DNA of 63,967 nucleotides, counting the filler, from Ionaspis alba (lineage: Eukaryota), in the NCBI GenBank assembly GCA_964255285.1. It is 15 parts of 15 records of this genome, joined end to end, with 100 filler letters (N's around TTAATTAATTAA, not from the genome) between each part and the next. Parts side by side here need not be neighbours in the genome. Positions count along the whole stretch, not along the records: positions 52,673 to 56,914 come from CAXUUL010001124.1; positions 57,015 to 61,250 come from CAXUUL010001125.1; positions 61,351 to 63,967 come from CAXUUL010001266.1; 12 more parts are not named here. The stretch is one strand, 5' to 3'. Made by a program: the position numbers and the translations under genes. The stretch's first letter is position 1, and each line of letters begins with the position of its first letter. The notes under the pieces were generated by a model. It had not been told where the DNA came from, made no database searches, and saw nothing but the letters and a program-made list of their open reading frames with translations. Shown piece by piece: positions 52,673 to 63,967 of this stretch.

Positions 52673-55261
52673 GATGTGCGGCGATCATGCTTAGGCTCAA
52701 TCGGCAGCTTTGTGAAAGCGGTTGGGCCGGCGGCTTTAGTATCGTGCGCAAACGTGCTTGCCTCTAGAGTCAGCTCCAGTCCTAGGTCCACATATATCTG
52801 TCCAGTGGCCTTGAACCAAAGGCAATGGATAGTATCCCTGCAATGGGTGGGACTTTTTCTTGATTGGTTCATCCTTGTATCTATGCGTGAGCTCCTAAGT
52901 CATCGGAGGACTGGGAACAATTCGAGGGCCGGAAAGGCCCCTGTAATCGTGGGCTCCTTGCTAGTCGTAAGGTTTTCATTCTTTCCGAACCGATGCAGCA
53001 GCATATTGATCCATGACAGCTCTCTGCTACTGCGCTCCTTCTTCCTGGTCTGGTCGTCTGCATCATTATACCCGATTATTGGTCTTGGATCTTCAATGTT
53101 GATGGTGCTTACATTAGAAGCCTCACCTGGATTACGAGTCTCTTTACTTTAATGCTAGTATTCGCAATACGACTAGTACGTACTACTGGCGCTGCCTCCT
53201 ATCGTGTGCTAACACTCCTTCAAGTTGACAACCGGCACTATCCTAGATTTCATCATGATAGTCTCCTTCACATGTACATATCTCGTTGGATTCTCGACCT
53301 CTTGGACCAACCGCTTTCCTTTTCCACCAAATCTCCGAGGACCAGCGGCATTCTCTCTACTTTGCCTCTTCCTTGGATTTGTATCATATTTGTATATCAC
53401 CGCGGGTTCCGAAAGTTCCGGAGGCAGACCCGCACAGCGTCTTTTCAAGCGAATTCCGACGAAGTTATATACCCTTTTCCTAGTCATGTTTATATCACGA
53501 GTATTCATGGAGTTAACTCCGAGCGACACGATTGGTACGCATCCCATAGGCACTCTTATCGCTGAGGCTGCAGATCAACACAAAAAATGGACCGATCAGG
53601 CTTCGTCAAGCAGGAGCCTTGAACAAGCTGTGGAAGAATACAGACGCCGATACAAGCGACATCCACCTCCACGGTTTGACAAATGGTACGACTACGCGCT
53701 GTCAAGATCTTCACTCATCATGGATGATTTCGATAGTATCAACGAGGACTTGATGCCTTTCTGGGCTTTTGAGCCCAGTTATATCCGAGAGCGAACACAC
53801 GAGATACTTGTAAACTCCTGGAACGAAGTAGCGGAGGTGACCATTCGCTCGGGCAGAGCAGAAATAGGAGCGCATGTGGCTCCCACACATCGATGGATGG
53901 TGGAAGGAGCTGTATCCATGATCAACAACTTTGTCCAATTCCTTCCAGATATGGACCTTGCACTCAATATCAATGATGAGGCTCGGGTGGCCATACCATA
54001 TTCAAAAATGAAGAGGCATAAATCTATAGCGAAATTTGCTGGAATACCAAAAGCTAAACCAGAACCTGAATGGGGTGAGAATCGGGCAGAAGTCTGGCCG
54101 TCTGACGAGTCGGTGTCACCTAACTCTCCGTTCGATGACCACTCTTTTACCAGCACCTTCTATAGGTACGGTTCAGTCGCGTGTCCACCTAACTCGCCAG
54201 CCCGTCGGATCCATACCTGGGATCCGTCTATACTGTGCACATCCTGCTATGCTCCGCACTCCATTGGGCCCTTCCTTAGCAACTGGACCCTAGCCGCCTC
54301 CTCATGTCATCAACCCGATATTGCCCTACTCCACGGCTTCTATCTCTCTCCAGCAGCCTTCAAAACAGCCCACGAACTTCTCCCCGTCTTTTCTCAATCT
54401 AAACCACATGGCTACGCCGACATCCTTTATCCTTCCCCATGGAACTACATGGACAAAGCCCGCTACAACCCAAGCATTTCCGCTTCTAGTGACCGCAATC
54501 AGAATCCTCACCCCGATGTCCCATACACGCAAAAGAAAAACACTCTCTTCTGGCGTGGTGCTACATCCGAGGGTGTCTCAGCTCTGGGCACCTGGAAAGG
54601 CATGACTCGACAGCGTCTCGTTCATCTCGCCAATAATCACTCCGAGCCTGTACCGATTCTCCTTCCAGAGCCTGGCTCCACTGCAGCAGATCCAAAGTAC
54701 AATTACCAACACCTCCCTGCCTCGGCTCTTCACATGCACCCTGCTCTCAACAACCTCACCATCGACATTAGTGTCGTGGACTTCATCGCTCGCTGTGGCG
54801 ACCGGGATTGCCCGGATCAAGAAGCTGAATTCGGTCTCAAGCGCCCTAGCGATTTCCAAGACCACTGGCGGTACCGCTTCCTAATGGATGTAGACGGTGC
54901 AGGTTTCAGCGGTCGCTTCTTGCCCTTCCTACTTAGTCGCAGCTTGCCCTTCAAGGCGGCGCTGTTCCGAGAGTGGTATGACAGCCGGATCGTCGCATGG
55001 AAGCACTTCGTGCCCGTGGATCTAAGATTGCATGGATTGTGGAGCACGGTGGCGTACTTCGCGGGTGCTGCGAATGCGGAAGGCAGAAGGGAGGATAGTC
55101 ATGTGGAGAAGGGAGAAGCGATTGCGGAGGCAGGGAGGGAGTGGGCAGGGAAAGTGCTTAGAAAGGAGGATATGGAGATCTATTTTTTCAGGCTGTTGTT
55201 GGAATGGGGGAGGTTAACGGATGATCGGAGGGAAGTGCTGGGATTTGAGGTCGAAGCTTAG
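52673..55261 (+). CDS. Glycosyltransferase family 90 (CAP10/CXT1-like) with multi-TM N-terminus (5' truncated)
   Basis: HPI..L, AVEEYRRRYKRHPPPRFDKWY, LPDMDLALNINDEAR, LFWRGATS and DVDGAGFSGRFLPFLLSRSLPFK..FREWYDSRIVAWKHFVP. Confidence 0.93.
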
Positions 55262-55793
55262 GATAGGGGGTTTGGCTCTATAGGCGACGGGTTAGATTGA
55301 GTAGATCTTTAAGGGCATGCACGTGCAATATTTGTGGTTCTGATTTGTTCACCCAAGAGCCGGTGACCCGTGATCTGGAACCGATTGGATTCCAGGTCCT
55401 GGTTTTGGCTGTGTTGGGTTGTCCGGGTGGCGGAGGAGCGTGCCGGCCCGTGAAATGTACTATGGCGTATCTGTAGTCTCGGACAGTGTTTTCGTCATTC
55501 TAGCGTCGTGGTTGGGAAGCGCAAATTTGACCACAATGAATGGGCTGATAATCCAATCTATATAGAACATTGCCTTCTCCACCTGAGATTCGTCGGACAA
55601 CCACAACGGGTCCTCATAGACCTACGACAATCAAGCTCAATTCTGCATCCCACCGTCGTGATAGACTCACTCACAGCCCCTCGACCGTATAGTTGTGGGG
55701 ACACTAGATCAACTCAGACCAGACCAGATTGCGTTCCGCCTCGTGTAATAAAGAATCCTTATAGCTCGTCTGCCGGAGCAACATTCACGCATC

Positions 55794-56768
55794 TCATAAC
55801 CTTCTCGGTGGTCTTACCATCCTCATCCACTTCCCAGGAGTTGTCGGTCTTCCCAGTGTAACGCTCTGCCACGCATCACCTTCCATGGCCCTTAGAGCAT
55901 ACTTGAGGACAGTGGCTGGCACCATATTACTCCGCTTGGCATCGATCATTCGAGCAACGAAGGGTACCGTATGAGCATCAAGAGCTGTGGGACCGACATC
56001 GTCACCAAAGATCCATACACTCCCCTCACTGAAGACTTTCAAAGCCTCCTCGATATTTTCGAGAAAGGCGATTGCTTGTTTCTCGGCGCGTCGGATGGGC
56101 TCTTCGTCGAGGGCATGGGAGATGGTAGCGTTCCAGCTAGGTTGGTCAGTTTTTAGCATAGTCGAGCAGGGAATAGGATTGGGGTTATTTAACGGGGTGT
56201 ATACTGCTCCTGCTTGAATTCCAAGGCTTTGCGATAGGCATCTGAGATGTCTGGACGAGCAAGGCGTTCAGTGATTGCGGGATTTGTCTCACCCTCTGTT
56301 GAGTTTTCAGGAGGAGGGAGGAGAGGGAGTAGATTGAGATGGCGTGAAGCTCGTTCAGATAGGCATAAATGGCTTCTTCATAGTCCTTTGGCACTAGATG
56401 AGGGTATGCTTTGCAGAGGTGAAGCGTGATTTGTAAACTTTCTGTGATTGGACCAGGAAGCGATGGTGAGGCTAGCACGGGTACCTGGGATCAAGCCAGG
56501 GAAAGTTAACGGATAAAGTAGAGCCAATGAGGTAGAATGTTGTGCTCCGTACCTGGCCTCGAGGATTGACTTTGAGCAGAAAGTCTTCGTCGAGCTGTTG
56601 ATCTTCGATGAGGAGGACTTCCCGCTGCTCGATAACCATAGCGGGTTCGAGTGTGTTCGGTTCTCTCCGCAGAGCTATTGCATAGCGCACCATGATAGAA
56701 TAGAGGGAGAATGAATAGTAGTAAAGGACATAGACGTTATCTTGGGCGACAGTTGGTGCTTCAGCCAT
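55794..56768 (-). pseudogene. Glutathione S-transferase-like gene with a 1-nt frameshift (pseudogene or assembly error)
   Basis: FSLYSIMVR, FLLKVNPRGQ|VPVL, ITESLQIT and WIFG..GPTALDAHTVPFVARM. The segment PDISDAYRKALEFK lies in a shifted frame after about 56319. Confidence 0.75.
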
Positions 56769-57212
56769 CTTGATCAGAAACTTGCTATCTATGGTGTTCC
56801 CAGAGATAAACGAGTCGAGCATGAAAAGGGACAACTGAAACCTTGAGGAAAATGACGAAAGGAAAAGTAAAGAGGCGGAGAAGAACAAATATATTGTCGG
56901 ATGTAGTGGTCTACNNNNNNNNNNNNNNNNNNNNNNNNNNNNNNNNNNNNNNNNNNNNTTAATTAATTAANNNNNNNNNNNNNNNNNNNNNNNNNNNNNN
57001 NNNNNNNNNNNNNNGGCAGCGCCTCCAAAGGCGGAAAGCTATTCGCATGGACTTCGATCTCAGGAAGCTAGAGAACTAAGATCAAGGCAGTATTTCTAGT
57101 TCAATAGATTAACCTAGTGTCTCTTCTATCATAGAAACCCTAAAATGCGGGATGTAGACGAAATTCTGCGATTCTAGAAACAATGTCATCTAGAAGCATC
57201 GATACAGAAGCT

Positions 57213-59556
57213 CTACGCATTGTCAGTCCATGCAATACCGTCCATACTCAAAGCCAGATCTTCACGCTCCGAGGTTTTATCTTCAAGCACTCCCGCTGCC
57301 GTGCCCTCGGGTCCGAAAAATAGTTCCCTTAGCTGTTTTTCTTTGTCATCCTCAAGGTATCTATCGAAGCTGGTCTCCTCGGGATTGAACACCTTCCCTT
57401 GGTATGTATCGGGACGCAAGAAGGCGCAATGCTCCTCCAGAGTCGCGAAATACCGACAAACGTGCATGTGTAGAATGATTGCCACCCGCTGGTTTCCCTG
57501 CTCTGTCAATCGCCACGTCGACGGTGAAGCGGAGTCGTCGAGGAAGAAATCTTGGGAATCCTCAATGTTTACTTCTTCCGTAAGCCATCCTGAAGTATCC
57601 AACCAGAAGACCGCTTTGTCTCCCTCGGCTCTTAGCCGGTTGACGACACTCTGGGTGGCATGCTCAAGCTGCCCTCGAAATGGTCGCATTACGAAGATAG
57701 GTATTGCGGCTGGTGCATTGGCACCAATAAGGTCTGCAGAGCCAGTTCGCTCGCTGTGGAGAACCGATGGATGTTTTGGATAGGCGAGTTGACGAATCGC
57801 CCTGATCAGCGAAACATATGTGTCTTCGAAATGTCTATGCATCTCCGAGGTAGTCTTTTGATATTCTGACTCATGATGCGTGAAAGAAGTGTTGTCAGAG
57901 CTACCCAGATTCAAAATCTGCTTTATATTAGAGCGACCACTCTGCTGAAATCTTGCAACATCATCACTCACCATTACATCCGGAGTATAGGACTGGAACA
58001 TCCATGGGTGATCGAAATATACTGACTGAGGAGGGCCACTGATACGAAGTTGATTTCAGTATTGAGACAGTCGATTCTTAGAAGCAATTACAAGTCATCG
58101 TTACCTTCTGAAGAAGACGTCGCCCATCCCTGCTGGATATCCCGCACCGCCAATGCAGTCCTGTGTGAGACACATACCGTCCACGTCGACAGTAACATGG
58201 TCGATGCTGAACATCTCGCCAAGCAAATATTCCCATCCCATTACACCGGCCAGTAGCCCATCAGCACCTCCGGTTCTTGTGCCTCGGACTCTGCTGCTCA
58301 ATGAGCCGGGGTTATCGGTAACGACTTCGAGTATTCGCTTGCGGTCTTCCGTAACCATTGAGACTCTTGCGTCAGGGCTCTTCTCTGACTCGCCTTCGCC
58401 TTCCTGCAAGCCTTGGCGCAATACAGCATTCAAGCCAACTTTATGCTTCTCTCCGATCGATGTGTTCTCTGCTTCGAGAGCATCCTCATCCTCAAAGTCT
58501 TGATCGAGCAAGGATCCCTCCACAGGGACAAGTTTCCCACCCTTGCTAAGCCAGATACCCTCCAGTTGGATGATACCGTTACCATGATTATCAATTATTG
58601 GAACAATGATACGAACTTTGTGTATCGTGTCAGGTTCGAGATCGTTAGACCGAACACTGACCAGCATAGACGAGTTCGGTAAAAGGACATATTCCTCCTG
58701 ATCCACGCGTGCGAGCAGTGATACCGGCGCTGCCGGCTTGTCTAATAGCGAAGAATGGCGGAAAGACAAGCGTGTAGGGTTTGCGTTCGAAGCTAGTCCG
58801 ACATTTGTCGGAGCTAAAGATTTGATGGCGGATCCTGAATTCTCTGGCTGAGGTGTATTGTGAAGCGATAGGAGCAGTGTTGTGGTATTCGTGACATTGA
58901 TGTCAAAGTATACGCCTGATGGAATGTCTTAGCTCTTCATCTACTACTCATAAACAAAAAAAAAAAAAAACGTGCCAGGAAATGCTCCATCCTTGCGTAA
59001 TCTATTAGGTGTCGAGGTCCATCGTCCAACATACTTGAGAGCGTCAGCTGCGCTCAACAGAGAGACACTTTCGACATACATGGATCTTTGCATTGGCAGC
59101 AGGAAAGAACTGCAGATTCTTGGTTGCCTCCACCTCGAAATGCTGTCCTCGCAATCCGAACTCACTGACCCCAATCTTGACAACTTCCAGCTCCTGCTTG
59201 AGCCCCCCCTTTGCCCACCAAGTAAGGCCTCCGAGAAGCACGAACAATACCAATAGCCGACCGTTGCACATACGCTTGAATCGAGACCATCCATAGCTGC
59301 TATACACGAGAGGTGAGGGAGGACTTGGTTTGGGGGAAAAGTTCATATAACCGCCATATGGAGTGGGCGGTTTCAGTCCGGCAGAGCGGAATGGGGAATA
59401 GTTTGTGGCTGTGACAGCAAATGGCTTGACGCGTGACGCGGAGAACGAAGTCGTGATTGGAATATCATGAGAAGTTTGAGATGCTGTGCTAATGAGAGGA
59501 GTTGAGAGACTGAGATGTAAATTGGGTCGACTGCGAAAAGGAGGAGTCTGCGACAT
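57213..59556 (-). CDS. Membrane-anchored SGNH/CE2-like hydrolase-fold protein
   Basis: N-terminal TM, YVGRW..FPG, LEVVTD, GMCLTQDCIGG..GMGDVFFRSGP, WMFQSYTPDVMILNLGSSD, IFVMRPFRG and FWLDTSGWL. Several introns. Confidence 0.75.
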
Positions 59557-59991
59557 TGTNNNNNNNNNNNNNNNNNNNNNNNNNNNNNNNNNNNNNNNNN
59601 NNNNNNNNNNNNNNNNNNNNNNNNNNNNNNNNNNNNNNNNNNNNNNNNNNNNNNNNNNNACAGTACGGGCTGGTCGTCAAATAGAGGTCCATGGCTAGGG
59701 CTGTGATTAGGGTAGGCGCAAACAAGGCTGTTTCCTTGTCATATTTGGCAATGTCGGAATTAGGAGAAGTAGATGTAATGGCAAATCAAGACCAAGTCGA
59801 ACAATGAGTGATATGGAGAAACATGATAAGCTATCTATACTGCTCGATGTAGAAAATGGGTATCTCGCCAAAAGTTGAAGTCCAACGTACTGTGACTGAA
59901 TACTCCATGCACATCTAGCCCGTCTATGAGATTCCTTGTCCCAATGCAATTCTATGCACAAATGCAGCCAGCCCTAGTATTGCTAATGAGC

Positions 59992-60794
59992 TCATCTAGC
60001 TGTCCTTAAGGCCAGAAAAACACCCCAGCCAAGCCCGACGAGACTACCAACCACTACTCTTCTCTCCACCGGAACAACTGAGAAGTTGAGAATACTAACG
60101 AGAGGCCACAGCTTGTATCCAGCAAGCATAATTGGCAGGAGCTCCTAGCAAAGAGTAGCAGAAATATTAGCAAAAGTTTGAAGAGGCATCCTTTCGAAAT
60201 TCAGTCTCCGTATTGGCATTGCCGTTTTCGGAACACAGAAGCACACAGCGTCCTCCAGAGCACAATTAAAGAGATATGCTGAACTTACATTCTGCAAAGC
60301 TGCTACGCAGTCCTCAATTGATCCACCTCGCATCAACCTGATGGCAACCAAGAAGGCAGAGTTGTTGAACAGCGCTCCGAAGGTCTGGTCGAGTCCGAAT
60401 TTGATCGCCGTGTTCTTCAGATCGAGTTTCTGCTCCACAACCACGCCCTAGTGCAGCACGTTAGACCACAGTATCTTCCTTCTTTGGTACGATGTTTTCG
60501 AGCAATTACCCGTCCATCATCATCAACCTTGATCTTCTGCTTCCCGTTATCTCTAGGATATCCAGGGAACTTCCTCTCCAGCAATTGCTGCCATTTGAAG
60601 TTTGGGGGCGTTAGGACAAGGGAGAGGATGAGGAACTGGAGGATGGGAGCGAAATTGAGACCGAGGGGATTCAAAGTTGTAGAGGAAGCTCCAAGAGTGG
60701 AGGTTCGGTATGCAGTTAGGAGCTGGGCAAGCACGCCAGAAGTGATATTGAGAATGGCTGACTGGAGAGTCGCAGTCTGGATCGGAGAAAGCAT
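59992..60794 (-). CDS. Mpv17/PMP22 family membrane protein
   Basis: ATLQSAILNITSGVLAQ, TPPNFKWQQLLERKFP, NTAIKFGLDQTFGA and AGYKLWPLVSILNFSVVPVERR. Two introns. Confidence 0.9.
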
Positions 60795-61745
60795 TCGGAA
60801 GGCGAGAAGGGGGAAGGAAGCGCTGCTGAGCTGCCGGAAAGCTCTCTATGAGATGAAGTCTATACTCTTAAAAAAGCCGTTGCCCACTCATGCCGGTATC
60901 ATGACTGCTGCTTCGGGCGACTAGTTTCATGAAGGACAAAGACACTGCAACAACTTGAATAGAGGTCCGGCTGGTGCCTTGGCGTGGGGTCGTAAGGGGC
61001 CGCTGGCAGAGTTACTGTAGTTTGGTGCTTGCTGTGGGTTCATTGCTACTTAATCATCAAATACTACTAATCGATATCATTGGCTTATTCTAAAGCTTTT
61101 AGTATTGGTGATAGCACGAAGCTGTATTATCCTCAACTACTGTTGACTCTACTTTGTCTCTTTGAGGGGCAACGGCGCTGTGCCAATGATTCTTTGAGCG
61201 AAATAGCGTGGAATTTCGGCGGACCATTCGGAAGGCCGGCCGGATGACAGNNNNNNNNNNNNNNNNNNNNNNNNNNNNNNNNNNNNNNNNNNNNTTAATT
61301 AATTAANNNNNNNNNNNNNNNNNNNNNNNNNNNNNNNNNNNNNNNNNNNNAGTGTCTAGAGCAACAATAGACTCGCACCTATGCAGGCCAAGAAGGGTGT
61401 CAGCCTTCAGCTCCTACTTTCTGCCTATGTTCCCCCCAGTCCCTACATTCAGGGATCGCGACATGGCACTTGCTGGTCGGCATGTGGTGTTCCGATACAG
61501 TGGATGAGACTGGTTGACTTCCGCCGCCATGGCATCTTCGAAGATTCCATCCAACCCAAACCTCGTGCTTGTTACCTCTGTGTAACGAGTTCTTTTTGTA
61601 TAGCGAACTTTCGTGTGGACTCGGGTGTTTCTTGTGATTCATCCCATGGCTGTCTGAAGTCGACTACTCATCCTTTCCCATGTTTTTGATCGTTGTCACC
61701 GCCCCTTGTAGATACAGTTAGGTGATCAACACTGTTGTGCGCATC

Positions 61746-63967
61746 ATGCCCTTTCTCTCCTCCATCTTTCAGCGAAAGGCTTCCGCCACCGAGCAGGACG
61801 ATCTCAAGGTCGATAAGAGACTTATTCCCAATGTGATTGACGAGCTTGCCATTCGTCGTCCCGATGGTATTCTTGCTTGCCTACCTAAGACGGAAAAGCC
61901 TTCTGATGGGTTTATCAATGTAACATACAAGCAATTCGCCAACATCATCAACTATGTTGCTGGATGGTTGGAGGAGAGGATGGGGACAGAAGAGGGCAGT
62001 AGAGTCATTGCATACATCGGTCTATCAGATCTACGCTATGTCATCCTCACTGTGGCTGCTGTCAAGGTGGACTGCAAAGTAAGCTGAAGTTGAACGTTCA
62101 CATCGAACGCGACATTGATGGCCCTTTAGATGCTCTTCCTATCACCCCGGAACAGTCTCGAGGGACAGCTTCATGTTTTGGAATTTGCAAAGTGCAATGT
62201 CTTTGCTTCACCATTTCTTCAGCTGCCATCGGTCAAATCGATCTTGAGCTCCAAGCAGATGCGCCTGCTCACGGTACCGGAGCTTGATACGTGGCTCAAT
62301 TGTTCTCCAGCTCCCGTCCGACCATTCACCAAGATCTTCGACGAGATTCGACACGAAGCAATGGTTGTTATGCATTCCTCGGGCTCAACCAGTCTTCCCA
62401 AGCCAATCGGCTACTCCTTCGGCTGTCTGGCTGCCATATGGAAGCAAATCGAGTACGAGCCCGAAGGTGACGAGCGTACGCTGATGCAGCGTGCTGCAAC
62501 CGCTTCGAGACTATTCATTGGGTTTCCTATGTTCCATGCTGGCGGTCTATTCTTCCCTCTTGCACTTTCCGTCTTCGCAGGAGTAGAGATCGTCATGTCA
62601 CCAAGTGGTCAACCACTTAACGCAGATCTGGCAGATGAAATCCACCGATATGCCGGGTGTGACGCAGCCTGCTTACCACCAGCAATTCTCGAAGATATTA
62701 CGAAAACTCCCAGTTACCTCAAGAATTTGAAGGTATTGAAGTACATCATCTACGGGGGAGCGCCGCTCGGGAAGACACAGGGAGACGTTATACAGAGTGC
62801 AGGGCCGCGAATATACAACATGCTCGCTTCGACAGAAACAGGAATTATCCCAGCCTTAGACAATGGCAGGGAGGAATGGCTGTATTATCGGCCACCTCCT
62901 ACCTATGGCATTACCTTTAGACCTCATTCAGACGATCTATACGAGCTGTTCATCGTGCGCGACGAGGCCTTGAAAGGTCGTCAAGGAGTCTTTGAGAATT
63001 ACCCAGAGCTACACGAATACTCTACACAAGATTTGTTCCGCAGACACCCAGATCCAAAGAAACCAGATCTTTGGCTCTCGGCTGGCAGGCTCGATGATGT
63101 AATTGTTCTTCTCAATGGCGAGAAGGTCAACCCGACTGCCATGGAGAAGGAGATACAGACAAATCCTGACGTCTCTTCGGCCATAGTCTTCGGTCGAGAT
63201 CGTGTACAAACTGCCTTGCTTATTGAGCCTAGCAAGAACGTCTCAATATCCACAGAGCAAGAGAGACGCGAATTACTCGATAGAATGTGGCCTACCATTG
63301 AGCAAGCTAACAACCATGGACCGTCACACGGGCGGTTGTCGAAATCTCTAGTCATGTTCACCAAAGCTGACAAGCCAATGCCGCGTACAGCCAAAGGCAA
63401 TGTTATGCGGAATGCCACATACGAAGCATATACCGAAGAGATGAAGGCCATGTATGCTGCTCAAGAGAAGCATTCTTGGGAAAAGGAAGAGCCGAGCGAC
63501 AGTGATGACCCCTTGTCAATCACTTCTCTCCGTAAACTCATCGGCCAGGTATCTCGTCTTGACATGAAAGTGCTCAAGGACGATGACAATCTCTTCGCTG
63601 CCGGAATGGACTCTCTCCATGTGCTTCACCTGGTATACAATCTCAACGAAGCCATGGGAAGACGCTTTGTTGAACCAGCTATGATCTACACCAATCCAAC
63701 AATCGCAAAAATGGCAAACGTATTTCGACCACAAAGAGACAACAACCTAAAAAGTCCTCGAGACCGAAGCAGTAAAATCGGCGACATGTTCGACAGCTTC
63801 TCTATCGGCCTACCCAAGGCCCGATCATCCGGACCCAAAGTCGCCATCCTCACCGGCTCAACCGGCGGCCTGGGATCCTTTCTCCTCAAAGAACTCTCCA
63901 AAGACGACAAATTCTCCCAAATCTACTGCCTGGTACGCACCATGCCGACCACCCCCCTCCTCCCCAC
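61746..63967 (+). CDS. NRPS-like A-T-R enzyme (carboxylic acid reductase type), 3' truncated by the window end
   Basis: Exon 1 RLIPNVID..TYKQFAN, intron about 62079-62129, then LSPRNS, HSSGSTSLPKPI, PMFHAGG, YGGAPL, STETG, YSTQDLF, GRLDDVIVLLNGEKVNP and RTAKG. T domain LFAAGMDSL. R domain starts ILTGSTGGLG. Confidence 0.93.

Noticed and set aside
58957..58970. Poly-A run as a retroelement tail
   Set aside because: It is a poly-T tract inside a minus-strand intron, with no element or target-site duplication.

Overview
Intron-rich filamentous ascomycete (Pezizomycotina-type) nuclear DNA. It is not one locus. About 15 short contigs (~4.2-4.3 kb, in decreasing size order) are joined by an artificial 100-nt spacer (44 N + TTAATTAATTAA + 44 N), and there are four plain 100-N scaffold gaps, so gene adjacency means something only within a contig. 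About 30 genes can be supported, all assigned from motifs I recognised by eye: PDR-type ABC transporter, RGS-like membrane protein, gluconokinase, VPS26, a DUF4449-type protein, PRP28, a CFEM protein, a CLC channel, an EamA transporter, ETF-QO, COX12, MRP49, GEP3, WSC1, cyclin L, iPGM, prefoldin 6, VPS4, a DUF3328/UstYa protein, a GT90/CAP10 glycosyltransferase, an SGNH-like protein, Mpv17/PMP22 and an A-T-R NRPS-like enzyme. There is also a decayed HET pseudogene and a frameshifted GST-like gene. I saw no tRNA, rRNA, CRISPR array or intact transposon. No clearly new biological system can be proven. The best leads are a DUF3328 protein lacking its second HxxHC motif on a contig with a truncated secreted orphan peptide (possible RiPP locus), two 3-nt microexons in neighbouring mitochondrial genes, a possible alternative splice donor that would change WSC1 stalk length, a hidden three-exon small membrane protein gene, and recurring C-rich to G-rich composition switches inside genes.
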